A DNA stretch of 60,098 nucleotides, taken from a bacterium. Its GTDB lineage: Bacteria; Bdellovibrionota_C; UBA2361; SZUA-149; JAGRAN01. The translations under genes were made by a program, and so were the position numbers. The DNA lies in NCBI GenBank assembly GCA_030431555.1, contig JAUIIP010000002.1, positions 1 to 60,098 on the forward strand, given 5' to 3'. The notes under the pieces are model-generated. The model was not told the origin of the DNA, made no database searches, and saw only the letters and a list, made by a program, of their open reading frames with translations. Below are positions 1-10,004 of the stretch, in pieces; the stretch's first letter is position 1; the number at the start of each line of letters is the position of its first letter.

Positions 1-67
1 AAAATAAGGCTGCTGCGAAAAGAAATCGACGGCACCTCACATTAAGCCAACTTCACATATAAGTTAA

Positions 68-577
68 CTAATCGGCCGCCGCAGCTTGGCTGTCGGATGA
101 GTCGGATCCTACCAAACCGTTTGTGCTGGCTACCGCATCCGGATTAGTCGAGCTGAGCATCAACACGCCATTACAAGCGAGCTCCAGGCAAAGCAAATCC
201 CTCGGCCCAAGCTTAATTCTTCGACGCTCTTCTTCACTGCGGCCGGACACAATTCTCAGCCAGCTTATTTCCTCGCCGGAAAGAGAACCACCGGGACCTT
301 TGGGCTTGTCGCGGTAGAGCTTAACAAGCACATCCCCTTCCGAACCACGAAGGATGATATTTTCGTCTAATGATTCTACGCCGTAGAGAAATGCTCTAGC
401 AGTTGCCCAGAGACCGCCGACCGCTTCGATCGGGACGAGCAAATCACAAGCACCTAAGGAATCCGGCGCCAGCTGACCATTAACAACTGGCACGTAATAC
501 ATTCTAAGTCCGCTTGGCTCAGGCAGCAATTGCAGCCGACCAAAAGACTTCGAAATCATAAAATTCATTGTTGCCAT
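68..577 (-). CDS. Hypothetical protein (169 aa), downstream of the T4CP gene on the same strand
   Basis: Intact ORF in the same orientation, 100 nt after the T4CP stop. No motif recognised. Confidence 0.5.
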   Translation of the reverse strand: MATMNFMISKSFGRLQLLPEPSGLRMYYVPVVNGQLAPDSLGACDLLVPIEAVGGLWATARAFLYGVESLDENIILRGSEGDVLVKLYRDKPKGPGGSLSGEEISWLRIVSGRSEEERRRIKLGPRDLLCLELACNGVLMLSSTNPDAVASTNGLVGSDSSDSQAAAAD

Positions 578-677
578 GCTGGAAAAATCCTACTTGGTTC
601 CAACCTTATCTAACGGTTTTGGAGTATAGCCTTGTTAAAGCGCCCCACTCAAGTCCGCTTGTATCACACAAGAGCAA

Positions 678-3053
678 TCAAGCGTTCTTATCTCCGGCAT
701 CGACGATAACATCGCCCTTACTGCCGAATCGCAATCCACCCTTTTTAGCATTTTTTGCATTCCCGGACTCCTTTTCTGAAGCCTTGGGATTGTTTTGCTT
801 CGGGCCGTTCGGAGCACTGGAAGCAGCATCTTTTCCTACATTTTTGCCGCCGTTAACCTTAGGCTCCTGTTTATTAGATGCAGTAGCCTCCTTCTCGGAG
901 CTATCGGACGGCTTACCTTTCTCCTCGACCGCTTTTTGCGCGGTTTCAGGCTCATTCTTAGCCGCCGGCGTTGGATCTGGTGACTCTCCAACAAAAGTTC
1001 GGGCCCGGGGACGTCCCCGGAATCCTCGCATCAAATTAAAGCGGAAATTACCCTGCTCATCTTCTTCAGCGGGTTTCTCCTCTTCAGACTGCGGTTTCTG
1101 CGGAGAATTGCCATTTTCAGCTGCAGGTCCAGCAGGAGCCGAGCTCGTTGCGGAGCTGCCGCTCGGCACACTGCTCGAACTTGATGCGGTGCGCATTGCC
1201 TCAAGCTTGCCGGCATCGCGCTCGGTCTCGGCCTGCTCAACCGAGAGAATGTGCTCGTCTACCCACTCCGAGAGTCCAATTTCGTCGGCCTCAATTGACT
1301 CGTATCGTACAAGATATTCCCTGCCCTCCCACTGAGCAGGTAAATCGGAGTTAAACCAAAAGGCCCGGCCCTTGCGAAGTCTGCCGTCGCCGAGATCGAA
1401 CCAGGCCAATCCCTTTTCGGCCGACATCTCATGCTTCAGTTCTTCTGGACTTACCAAGGCTTCCTCGTCATCTGACAAAGTAACTCCATCGCGAAACTGG
1501 TCACTGCTCATTCGGTTCACCTGAACAGTTTTCGTAATCTCACGTCCCATCACACCAGAGGTGAGTCCCGTCGCCAGAGTCTTCTTCTGCGTCTTAATCT
1601 GTCCAATCCACTCGGACATATCTTCAGCAGTTCTGTTGTCACCGATACGCATGATGACCTTCAAGTTCACATTTGCCATCACACGCTCATAAAACTGCTC
1701 GGACAGCCCCATCGACGTATCCATCAAACCGCCCACAGACTGTGCTCCGAACATCAAAGCAAATCGCCCCTTACGAGCAAGTTCGAACAAGTTGGCCCAT
1801 GTTGGCCCGAAAGTAGAAGCTCCCTCATCGACGATAACCATGTGAGGGTCTTCAAGGGTGTAGTTTCGATTCGAGGTAATCTCACCAATCGAGACCTCTA
1901 AGTCCTCACGGAAAACTTTCACCATTCGCGCCGCACTCTCTGCTTCCTCCAAGCGCGGCAGCATGTAGTAGATCAACTTTCCTCGGAGAATTGCATCCGT
2001 CAGCGACAGATCCGCACGAGGGACGCAAAACATCTCCCCTGCCTCTGAGTTCGCAATTGAGTGCAGCTCCGAAGCGATACCCCTAAGGTTGTCAGTCAAG
2101 CGCGCCGAATCCAGACTGCCCTTTGCAGTTCTGTAACTTCCGGCAAGATGCCCTAGCTCTACTAAAGCCTGCTTTGATCCCTTCTCATGAAGAAGCGCCC
2201 GCAAACGAGGATACGCCAGCTGAAACGCTGATAAGGCAACTGCAATATCTCGCACAGACCAAGCCAGCCCAAAGCTTTCCATCGCACGAACGACTCGATA
2301 AACAGCGTCGGCCGCCAAACGGTCATAGTGCTTGGTTGTGCTTTGATCGGATGTCGGTGGAAGGCCGCAGCGCAGTACTTTACGCGCCTTAACGTCAGCA
2401 CGCTGAGTCGTAAATACGAAGTTATACGAGCAAACCGGGTCGAAAGGGTCGACAACAATAACGTCTTCTATGCGGCCTGTCAGCAAAGCCATCATAATAA
2501 TGTCAGCCAAAGTGCCCATGTCGCGCTTGGCATCGATGAACGTGAATCCGCTAGCGCGGCCACGAGCCATCTGCTGACACATCAGGCTTTGAAGCCATAA
2601 CGTCTTACCGACACCCGTCTTGGCAAAGACCGCGGCATGAGTGCAAAGGTCATCGTCAGAAACCCACAGTGGATCACCTGAGTTGAGTTCGAAGCCCACC
2701 AGGTATTTGTTGATCATTTTCTTTTTGCGTTTACGGGCTTCCTCAAGCGCCTCCTGAAACGCAGTGCGGCGTGGAGGAAGGCCAAGCACCGGCTTGCCGC
2801 CTCTGCGCTCTGATTCCGCCGCGCGTTCTTTTTCGATCCAATCGGCGTTGCTCTTTACCACCGACATAGAAACTAAGGCTAGAAGCGGCACGATACCGCC
2901 GGCGAAACCTAGACCGGTAGGCGAGGTGCCTCCGCCGAATAATAGCGCAACGAACGGAGCCGCCAGAAAGACCGCAGCGCCGCCCACAATCAAATTGCGC
3001 TGACGCTTTGCAAGCTCCTTCTGAACATTCTCTTTCTGATACTCTCGAGCCAT
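678..3053 (-). CDS. Type IV coupling protein (TraD/VirD4/TraG-family ATPase)
   Basis: N-terminal TM helices. Walker A AKTGVGKT, Walker B-like MVIVDEGAS, and an FIDAKRD motif typical of T4CPs. The last ~200 aa form a low-complexity S/K/E/P-rich tail. Confidence 0.85.
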   Translation of the reverse strand: MAREYQKENVQKELAKRQRNLIVGGAAVFLAAPFVALLFGGGTSPTGLGFAGGIVPLLALVSMSVVKSNADWIEKERAAESERRGGKPVLGLPPRRTAFQEALEEARKRKKKMINKYLVGFELNSGDPLWVSDDDLCTHAAVFAKTGVGKTLWLQSLMCQQMARGRASGFTFIDAKRDMGTLADIIMMALLTGRIEDVIVVDPFDPVCSYNFVFTTQRADVKARKVLRCGLPPTSDQSTTKHYDRLAADAVYRVVRAMESFGLAWSVRDIAVALSAFQLAYPRLRALLHEKGSKQALVELGHLAGSYRTAKGSLDSARLTDNLRGIASELHSIANSEAGEMFCVPRADLSLTDAILRGKLIYYMLPRLEEAESAARMVKVFREDLEVSIGEITSNRNYTLEDPHMVIVDEGASTFGPTWANLFELARKGRFALMFGAQSVGGLMDTSMGLSEQFYERVMANVNLKVIMRIGDNRTAEDMSEWIGQIKTQKKTLATGLTSGVMGREITKTVQVNRMSSDQFRDGVTLSDDEEALVSPEELKHEMSAEKGLAWFDLGDGRLRKGRAFWFNSDLPAQWEGREYLVRYESIEADEIGLSEWVDEHILSVEQAETERDAGKLEAMRTASSSSSVPSGSSATSSAPAGPAAENGNSPQKPQSEEEKPAEEDEQGNFRFNLMRGFRGRPRARTFVGESPDPTPAAKNEPETAQKAVEEKGKPSDSSEKEATASNKQEPKVNGGKNVGKDAASSAPNGPKQNNPKASEKESGNAKNAKKGGLRFGSKGDVIVDAGDKNA

Positions 3054-3069
3054 AAACCTTTAAGCAATC

Positions 3070-5289
3070 CTACGCCGTTGCGGCCGGTGGAACCTCCGAC
3101 GGTCCGTCTTTGAGTTCATTAATCCTGCGCTGAACGGCAGCGTCGAACGCATCGACGTCTGTGACTATTATAACATCCCTCTCCTTCGGGGCGTCGTTAT
3201 AATAGTTGCGCTGCCACACGTCGCCCAGCAGCTGCTGGAACCTACGCTGCCTCAGAGGAACTAAGGCATCCATCGGAACAACTTCGCTGTGCTGGTCCTC
3301 ACCTACCTGAAGAGTCAAAACTCCCTGGAGCAGACCGTCCACTGGCACGGCATCATCACCCACCCGGGTAGAAAGCCAGTTGTACTTGGTCAGCATCCTG
3401 CGCACGACCAGCCACTGCACGGCAATATCATGATCTGATTCGCTGTCGGCGAGCTTCCTGGTAACCCCCGTACCTTTCAGACCGCCAGCGGAAACTTCCT
3501 CTGCTTGGCGCTTGAAACCCGGCAACCCAGCCGAGGTGCTGAGCGAAGCAGTCCGGTCTCTAGTTGTTTCGATCAGCTCGATGATGCGTTTTTGCCTAAA
3601 CTCGCTGACTCCATGCAAACCGACCCGCAGCAAGCCTCGCAGCGGCATTAACACAACCGACTTATACGGCACTCCCAGCCATAAATGAGATGACACACTT
3701 GTGCTGTGCTCCTCACCTTCCATTCCTACGCCGCCGAGCACAGACCTAACCTTGGAAGCGAGGGAATTTCTCCATATTGAGTGCAATTCAGCAATATGCG
3801 CATCGAGCGCAACAAGGTGAGCTGTCTCTTGACGGACATCTTCGGCCGCATACAAAACTTCAAGCCAATCGCGCAGGGCCCGACTGGGCGCCTGCATCGT
3901 CATCGGAAGAAACGTTCGGCCGAAGTCTCCGTGTCGCCGAGAAGAATAAATAGCCTGCCTTATCTGATACCTCATATCGCCGTCGTAATCTCGAATATAA
4001 GACGGCATTGAACGCATCACTGCACGTGCCTGTAAATGCGGGAACAGCGAAACTTGGGCGTAGTTTCCGTCGTCAATCTCTTCGAAGGTAAGAACTTTGC
4101 CCGCTTCTATCGCAAGCACTGCTGTCGCAATAGCTCCAGGAGGAAGCGCAGCAATTGCCTCGGCCTGTGCCGGAGTTAGTCCGTTTAGCAGTATTTTCCC
4201 GAGAGGAGAAAGGGATTCCGAAACATGCTTGATAGCCTTATCGTGACGCCTGAAATGGGCCTCCTCGTCGCCCAACTCCCCTGTGCGCTCGATCATTTCC
4301 TTGTAGCGACACAGTGTCTGATGCGCTTCTAGAGCAGCAGCAAGGTTCGTCAAAGCCGCCTGCTCAATTGTTGGGCAGTCAGTCGACACTATACCGATTG
4401 GCTGAAAATCTTCCTCAATAGAATCCAAATCTACCGTTTCTTCAGCAGCTCGCTCCTCCGGTACTAAGCTCGGATACTTCGGGTAAGCAAGAATGACCTG
4501 GAGCAGTCCCGTATTAGTCTCGTTCGCTGCAGCGTATTGTTTCAAAACTGAGTAAGCTTTGTGCTTGGCGGCAACCGATTTAGGCACCTGCCTCGGACAG
4601 GCCAGGCTCGGACATGCGAAATCAGTTCCGCTGAAACTGCTATTAGGTTTAAACTTTCCCCAGATCCCGGAATAGTAGGGTCCTTTGCCCGGATTACAGA
4701 TGCCGAGCATGTCGTCAGTCGGAGTTGGTCGAAAGAAGCGGCGCGCACCGAAGTATGCAACAACCGCGGCGATTAACCACAACTTCCAATAGGCGATAAA
4801 GAGAAAGCCGATTCTAAGCAGCGCGCCCGCGACGGCATATCGTGCAGACTGAACCCACAATGTCATGTCGAACGAGCTATCCGACTCGATCGGCGGCGCT
4901 GAGCCGACAATTACGTCGATGACCCATTCAGAATAAGCCAAGTATGTTTGAGCTTGGGACTCCCCAAATAGAGAATCGGCAAGCCATTCATAGCGTTCGC
5001 TGATTTCAATTTTGGTTCGCTCCTGCCATGATCGCTTGACTGGCTTGTTTGCAGGAGTTTCTTCGGCATTGAGTCGATCAGCAACTCCAGCAAGCCCTGA
5101 ACCGTCGCCGGTAGCGGCATCTTCTACGTAAATGGAGTCGGACGGAGCAATCACGCGCAGCGCAGCGAATAGAAGTGCTATAGCAGCGCAGGCAATAAAG
5201 AACGTACGCAGGAAGGACCAGCGTCCAGCCAGCTCTTCGTCCGTTTGCTGTTTTAGCAGTGATATTCGTTTCGAATAATCGTACGCCAC
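3070..5289 (-). CDS. Large membrane-anchored hypothetical protein (739 aa) encoded directly upstream of the T4CP
   Basis: About three predicted TM segments in the first 200 aa, then a ~540-aa soluble domain. The gap to the T4CP start is 16 nt. No relaxase (HxDxxxHxH or HD) motif seen. Confidence 0.6.
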   Translation of the reverse strand: MAYDYSKRISLLKQQTDEELAGRWSFLRTFFIACAAIALLFAALRVIAPSDSIYVEDAATGDGSGLAGVADRLNAEETPANKPVKRSWQERTKIEISERYEWLADSLFGESQAQTYLAYSEWVIDVIVGSAPPIESDSSFDMTLWVQSARYAVAGALLRIGFLFIAYWKLWLIAAVVAYFGARRFFRPTPTDDMLGICNPGKGPYYSGIWGKFKPNSSFSGTDFACPSLACPRQVPKSVAAKHKAYSVLKQYAAANETNTGLLQVILAYPKYPSLVPEERAAEETVDLDSIEEDFQPIGIVSTDCPTIEQAALTNLAAALEAHQTLCRYKEMIERTGELGDEEAHFRRHDKAIKHVSESLSPLGKILLNGLTPAQAEAIAALPPGAIATAVLAIEAGKVLTFEEIDDGNYAQVSLFPHLQARAVMRSMPSYIRDYDGDMRYQIRQAIYSSRRHGDFGRTFLPMTMQAPSRALRDWLEVLYAAEDVRQETAHLVALDAHIAELHSIWRNSLASKVRSVLGGVGMEGEEHSTSVSSHLWLGVPYKSVVLMPLRGLLRVGLHGVSEFRQKRIIELIETTRDRTASLSTSAGLPGFKRQAEEVSAGGLKGTGVTRKLADSESDHDIAVQWLVVRRMLTKYNWLSTRVGDDAVPVDGLLQGVLTLQVGEDQHSEVVPMDALVPLRQRRFQQLLGDVWQRNYYNDAPKERDVIIVTDVDAFDAAVQRRINELKDGPSEVPPAATA

Positions 5290-5765
5290 CGTTAAACCTT
5301 CTAAACCTGCTGGGCTTAATCTACCCGCCTGCTGCTACCCTCTTCGAATGTGCTCGTGTGGATTCGCCTAATATTATACTCATTTGGCCGCGCAGCCAGC
5401 ACCGCGAGGGAACGCCTCTGATAACGATCTGTGTTATGCTGTAAGTCGGTTAAAAGTCACCCTAATCTTTACCAATTTCTCCATATATAATCAGCAGCAA
5501 AATCATCAGGTGCTAGCTAATAGCTGATCCGATCAGTTAAGTCTTGTTATTTCAGGAACTTAAGCCAATGAGGGAAATCACCTAGCACCACTTGCAAAAC
5601 CGCTGTTAAGTCCCGACAAACACAAGCCTTAATTTATTTTTCAGATCCGCCGTTATCCTTAGGCGCACTTTAGTCGATTGTTCTTTCATAACAGGGGGTA
5701 GAAGAATTCGTTCCAGGCGCAGGTAAGCTAACGAAAAATTTGAAAATAAAGGTAGTGAGCGCAAT

Positions 5766-6602
5766 ATGTTTTGTAGGTTGATTAAGATCGGTTTTCGTAC
5801 AACTGCGGCTGCAGCCGCTGCGGCAGTGATGACTCTGCCTCAATACGCAGCCGCCGACGACTACGCAAGCGCGGAGCGCGTCGCCGCCGCAAGAGGCCAC
5901 TACGCAAGAGCCCGAACTTTGTTGGTTGAAGCACTTGCTGAATTCGAGCGTGGTCGCCGAATTGCCCGCCCAGATATTTTGCTCGACCCAGAGGAATGGC
6001 GTCTGTCGGTCGTAAGTAGAACAGAAGAATTAAACAGAGTTCTCGATCCTCAGCCGCGCGTCACTCGCAGCGGTACACGTTTCAAGGCCAACCGCATGTT
6101 GATTCAAACAGGCGGCCAACCACGCATCCCGGTCGATACCGGTGTCCGCAGCTCCAATACTTTCGGAGAAGAACAGCGCGCCGAAGAACTTCGACGAGCA
6201 CGGGAACTTGAAGCGGCACGACAAACAGTCAAAGAAAAGCCTGTCGAAAATGAAATACCAGTCGACAGTACCAGAAACCTTGTTCGAAGTATTATCGCCG
6301 AGACACCGCCAGCGCCTCAATTAGCTGACGATGCGCCCGCACCAGCGGAGCCAGCGATGAACGAAGAACCGATAGCAAACGCCGAAGCCGAGTCGGCTAC
6401 TCCGAAAATGCCGGCGCGTGCCGCACTTTCGGCACCGGCTGCGCCTGCGGCTGAAGCAGCTTCTCCGGAAATGGCGTTTGACGAAGAATTTGAAGACGAA
6501 GCGTTCCTTGAAGAGGACAACGAAGAGATCTCTAAAGCGATTGAAGACGCGATAAAAGCTCGGCTAAAGCGCATAGATGGCGCTGACGCTCAGCCGCAGT
6601 AG
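5766..6602 (+). CDS. Secreted acidic/Ala-Pro-rich hypothetical protein, first gene of the plus-strand Mpf operon
   Basis: Signal-peptide-like N-terminus (TTAAAAAAAVMTLPQYAAA|DD) and a low-complexity acidic C-terminus. Confidence 0.55.
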   Translation: MFCRLIKIGFRTTAAAAAAAVMTLPQYAAADDYASAERVAAARGHYARARTLLVEALAEFERGRRIARPDILLDPEEWRLSVVSRTEELNRVLDPQPRVTRSGTRFKANRMLIQTGGQPRIPVDTGVRSSNTFGEEQRAEELRRARELEAARQTVKEKPVENEIPVDSTRNLVRSIIAETPPAPQLADDAPAPAEPAMNEEPIANAEAESATPKMPARAALSAPAAPAAEAASPEMAFDEEFEDEAFLEEDNEEISKAIEDAIKARLKRIDGADAQPQ

Positions 6603-6744
6603 AAACAGGGTGTAGAGAACGCAAAAGTTTGCGATTCTACAATAAAATTTGAAATTGTGCGTCACCGTGACTCTGTCCGGCCTATGACGAAAGCGAGTAG
6701 ATGGACGGTGCACGGAAACGCGAACGAAGGACTGAAGACGGATT

Positions 6745-7152
6745 ATGCAGTTTGACGAAGGCGAAGTGCTGCCGGGTTTGAATGAACCATGGACATTCAT
6801 GGGCGCTAACCTGATGGAATGGTCAGTAGGACTGGTCGTGTTCCTGATCATTGGACAGTGCGCGAGATCTCCGGCCACCGCCATGCCGCTAATGTTGACA
6901 GGCTGGATTCTGACGACAACCACACTTGCATCCGTCAGACGATCCTTCCCTGACGAAGAAAAAGGAACTCGGAATGCCTGCATGACCGCACTCGGGTTTG
7001 CTCCTCCTGGAATACCCGCCCCTGCTGGTCTGCAGCCCGTTTGGAGCGCAGCGCCGATCAAGAAGCTAAAAGAAGACTCTAGGTTTGTGAAACTTGGTTT
7101 AGAACGCATGTTCCCGACTCACCAGCGTGCGCTGGAAGATCCGGAAATATAA
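6745..7152 (+). CDS. TraL/VirB3-like small inner-membrane T4SS protein
   Basis: Its position is immediately before the TraE-like gene. N-terminal LPGLNEPWTFMGANLMEWSVGLVVFLIIG resembles the TraL pattern of a conserved loop followed by a TM helix. Confidence 0.5.
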   Translation: MQFDEGEVLPGLNEPWTFMGANLMEWSVGLVVFLIIGQCARSPATAMPLMLTGWILTTTTLASVRRSFPDEEKGTRNACMTALGFAPPGIPAPAGLQPVWSAAPIKKLKEDSRFVKLGLERMFPTHQRALEDPEI

Positions 7153-7166
7153 AGGTGTGATAGGGC

Positions 7167-7919
7167 ATGGCAAAGAAAGCTATTAAAGATGATCTTCGAC
7201 AATTAGAGACCGTCGACGGTCGCGCCGGAGCGGACACGCTAAAGCTTTGGGAAAGCTACCGCGACCAAGCATTGATGTGGCGAGCTATTGCGCTGCTTCA
7301 GATGCCCGCTACAGCTCTGGCAATTGCCGCCGCACTCATAATGTACTTTTTTGCGGACACTATTATCGAAGTGCCTCAGCGGCCGCAGCCGGGCTACTAC
7401 TCACTGAAACAGCTTCCTGACAGCGAGTTCATCAGCGTGGCTACTGAAATTGTCAATCTGATCGCGTCATACCAGCCTACGGTTGCGCGAACTCAGTTTA
7501 GAACTGCGCGAAAATACCTTTGGGAGCCGGCACTGAGCGTCTTCGAAGAGGAGATGATGAACAAGGAACTGCGTGCGGTGGAAGAAACAAGCCGTTCCCA
7601 GCTGTTCTTCATCAACACAAGACAGGTAAAAGTCGAAAGATATCCAGACCTTGACGTTGTAGTCGTGCGAGTCCCCGGAACGCGCCAGAAGCTGATCGGC
7701 CGACGGCCGCTTCCACCTGATGAGCTGGTCTACTACATCAAAATGACGACAATCCCCCGAAACGTGCATAACGAGTATGGGATAGTGATCATCGACGTTA
7801 AGCGCCGACAAGCTACCAGTCGTGAAATCGACATCGAAGACCAGCAGGCAGCTTGGGAAGAAGCCGAGGCGCGCAAGAAAGAAGAAGAAATGAAGAAAGA
7901 AAACGAGGACAAGAAATAG
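7167..7919 (+). CDS. TraE/VirB8-like bitopic T4SS protein
   Basis: Single N-terminal TM (AIALLQMPATALAIAAALIMYFF) plus a ~150-aa periplasmic domain. Syntenic position between the TraL- and TraK-like genes. Confidence 0.55.
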   Translation: MAKKAIKDDLRQLETVDGRAGADTLKLWESYRDQALMWRAIALLQMPATALAIAAALIMYFFADTIIEVPQRPQPGYYSLKQLPDSEFISVATEIVNLIASYQPTVARTQFRTARKYLWEPALSVFEEEMMNKELRAVEETSRSQLFFINTRQVKVERYPDLDVVVVRVPGTRQKLIGRRPLPPDELVYYIKMTTIPRNVHNEYGIVIIDVKRRQATSREIDIEDQQAAWEEAEARKKEEEMKKENEDKK

Positions 7920-7937
7920 GCGAAGGAGAATGACCCA

Positions 7938-8771
7938 ATGGTTTTAAAGATGGTTTTTAGACATTCGGGATTAAACCGAGTGATTCGCGTCGCGAACCAG
8001 CTCACCTTGGCCGCTTGTCTCTGCTTAGTCTTTTGCAGCCCGGCGGAAGCTCGAGACGTACGATACAGCGGCTCCGAACAAACTATTTACGTGAAGCCGG
8101 GAGAGCCGACTCAAGTAAGTTTTCCGAGTGGAATCGAAGGCGGATTTCGCCGAAGAAATTCTGCCGTAAAAATCGAGCGTCAGGAAAACCACCTAATCGT
8201 TTTCGCTCAACCAGAACTTTCACCTGAGGGTGAGGCAATAATCGTTCACCTCGACGACAAGCGCACTTACTCTATTCGCGTAATGCCTTCGGACGACGTA
8301 AATGTTCGTGACGACCGGGTAAAGATTATCGACGACAGAGTTCCTGAAATAGACGTCGAAGGCCCTACCTACACTGAGTCCGAGAAGCCTTCGAAGTTCG
8401 CACCTCCCACAGTCGTAAGCGGTCTGATGCGCGAAATGATTCTCGTCGCAGAATTCGGCAAGAAGAAAGGTATTCCGGGCTATAGGCGCTCCAACCGATT
8501 TTCCGGAGAAACTGTTCTTCAAGACGGCACAATTATGGCGAAGGTCGACGAGATCTTCATGGGAACTGACCTTTGGGGTTACGTGATTGAGGTTGAAAAC
8601 CTGCTCGACACTACTCACCGGCTCAACCCCGCGACATTTCGCCTTGACGGAACACGCGCTGTGTCGGCTGAGCGCTGGGAGCTTGCTCCACGCCCCCTGA
8701 CTGCAGAGCAGCAAATTTCAAAAGAACACAGAGCAAAAATTTATGTGATTACGCGGTCAAAACGCCGCTAG
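7938..8771 (+). CDS. TraK/VirB9-like T4SS core-complex protein
   Basis: Signal peptide (LCLVFCSPAEA|RD), beta-rich sequence, syntenic position. AAGGAG lies 9 nt upstream of the ATG. Confidence 0.55.
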   Translation: MVLKMVFRHSGLNRVIRVANQLTLAACLCLVFCSPAEARDVRYSGSEQTIYVKPGEPTQVSFPSGIEGGFRRRNSAVKIERQENHLIVFAQPELSPEGEAIIVHLDDKRTYSIRVMPSDDVNVRDDRVKIIDDRVPEIDVEGPTYTESEKPSKFAPPTVVSGLMREMILVAEFGKKKGIPGYRRSNRFSGETVLQDGTIMAKVDEIFMGTDLWGYVIEVENLLDTTHRLNPATFRLDGTRAVSAERWELAPRPLTAEQQISKEHRAKIYVITRSKRR

Positions 8772-8795
8772 TGGTGGTAGAGGCAACGAGAGACG

Positions 8796-9983
8796 ATGAG
8801 CCAAAAGATCGAAGATTTAAAATTGATGTTTCAAAGCGACCGCCGAATTTGGGCGGGAGCCGGAGCGGTGATGCTGCTGATACTCATTTGGACGATGAGC
8901 AACACTGAACGCCGCCGCACTCCCAAAGGAACCGGAAACATCGAAACGGTAGACGCGAGCAATCCGAGCAATGGCGCTACGGAAGCCTACAATGACCTGA
9001 CGGTTGCTTTCCGCGAAGATTTAGAGACAGTCACTCGAGCGTCCGCTGAGAACCAGGCGGTCATCAAAAAGATGTCGCGTGAAATGTCAGAATACAAAGA
9101 CCGTACAACCAGCATCTTTCAAACCCTAGTCGACCGCATGGAAGAATTGAATCGTGAGGTTGACAGGCTAGCAGAGGTAACGGCTACGGCCGGCGCGCAG
9201 GCGAACATTGCCGTTGAGGCCGGCGGCGTCGGAGACGATGCAGTGGCGGTAGTTGAGCAGGATGATATCGAGCCCATGGGTTTTGAGACAACAGATGTTC
9301 CTGTTCCCCCGCCAGCTCCGCCCGATGAAAAAATGTCCGTAATCTCTCCAGGCGATGTTGTCCCGCTCAAGTTGCTGACAGGTGTTAATGCACCGGTGGA
9401 TGGAACCCCGTACCCGGTTGTTTTTAAAGTCGTCGGGCCAATCAATGGTCCAGACGGCTCATCGCTTGACGTGGGTGAAGCAAGGCTAATTGCCGCCGCC
9501 CAAGGCTCAGAAGCTGACGGCCGCGTGCTGTTTCGGCTGACAAACTTGGCGATGCGTCATAAAGACGGACGCCGCTCAGTTGTCAACGTCGACGGCTGGA
9601 TTGTCGGTGAAGACGGAGTTCGCGGTATGCGCGGTAAGCTCATCGACAAGCTAGGCCGCTTAATCGCTACTACGGCCGGAGTCAGTTTCGCTGCTGCACT
9701 GGGCGAAACCTTGACCGACAACGCAAGCAACGGAACTTCAACGATCGTCACGGAAGGCGGAGTTTACGATCTAAGCGGCAACGATGTTGACGCAGCAACT
9801 GCATCCGCACTTACTGACGCCTCAAACCGGCTCGGTGAGATCCTTCTGGAGCGATATGAAAAATTGGTCCCGGTTGTAGAAGTCCTAAGCGGCCGAGAAG
9901 TCATGGCCGTTTTCTCTTCCACCGCCGAAGTTGAGCTTTTTACACCGGATGACGAAGGTATTTACGCATCTTCTTTAGACTAA
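8796..9983 (+). CDS. TraB/VirB10-like T4SS core-complex protein
   Basis: N-terminal TM, coiled-coil, a Pro-rich stretch (VPVPPPAPPD), and a C-terminal TrbI-like region (GRVLFRLTNLAMRHKDGRRSVVNVDGWIVGEDGVRGMRGKLIDK). Confidence 0.7.
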   Translation: MSQKIEDLKLMFQSDRRIWAGAGAVMLLILIWTMSNTERRRTPKGTGNIETVDASNPSNGATEAYNDLTVAFREDLETVTRASAENQAVIKKMSREMSEYKDRTTSIFQTLVDRMEELNREVDRLAEVTATAGAQANIAVEAGGVGDDAVAVVEQDDIEPMGFETTDVPVPPPAPPDEKMSVISPGDVVPLKLLTGVNAPVDGTPYPVVFKVVGPINGPDGSSLDVGEARLIAAAQGSEADGRVLFRLTNLAMRHKDGRRSVVNVDGWIVGEDGVRGMRGKLIDKLGRLIATTAGVSFAAALGETLTDNASNGTSTIVTEGGVYDLSGNDVDAATASALTDASNRLGEILLERYEKLVPVVEVLSGREVMAVFSSTAEVELFTPDDEGIYASSLD

Positions 9984-10004
9984 GGATTAACGAGAGAGCT
10001 ACTC

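Noticed and set aside
568-1335. 255-aa plus-strand ORF overlapping the 3' end of the T4CP gene
   Set aside because: It lies antisense to the low-complexity tail of a gene with clear Walker motifs. It has an S/P/L/F-rich composition and no start context.
5290-5765. Known oriT nic-site consensus (for example the IncP-type ATCCTG motif) in the divergent T4SS control region
   Set aside because: Only a partial resemblance (TTATCCTTAGG) was seen, which is not enough to call an oriT. The region is kept only as a low-interest finding.
6564-7109. 181-aa minus-strand ORF overlapping the TraL-like gene
   Set aside because: It is antisense to an operon gene that fits conserved T4SS synteny. It has no RBS and would break the operon.
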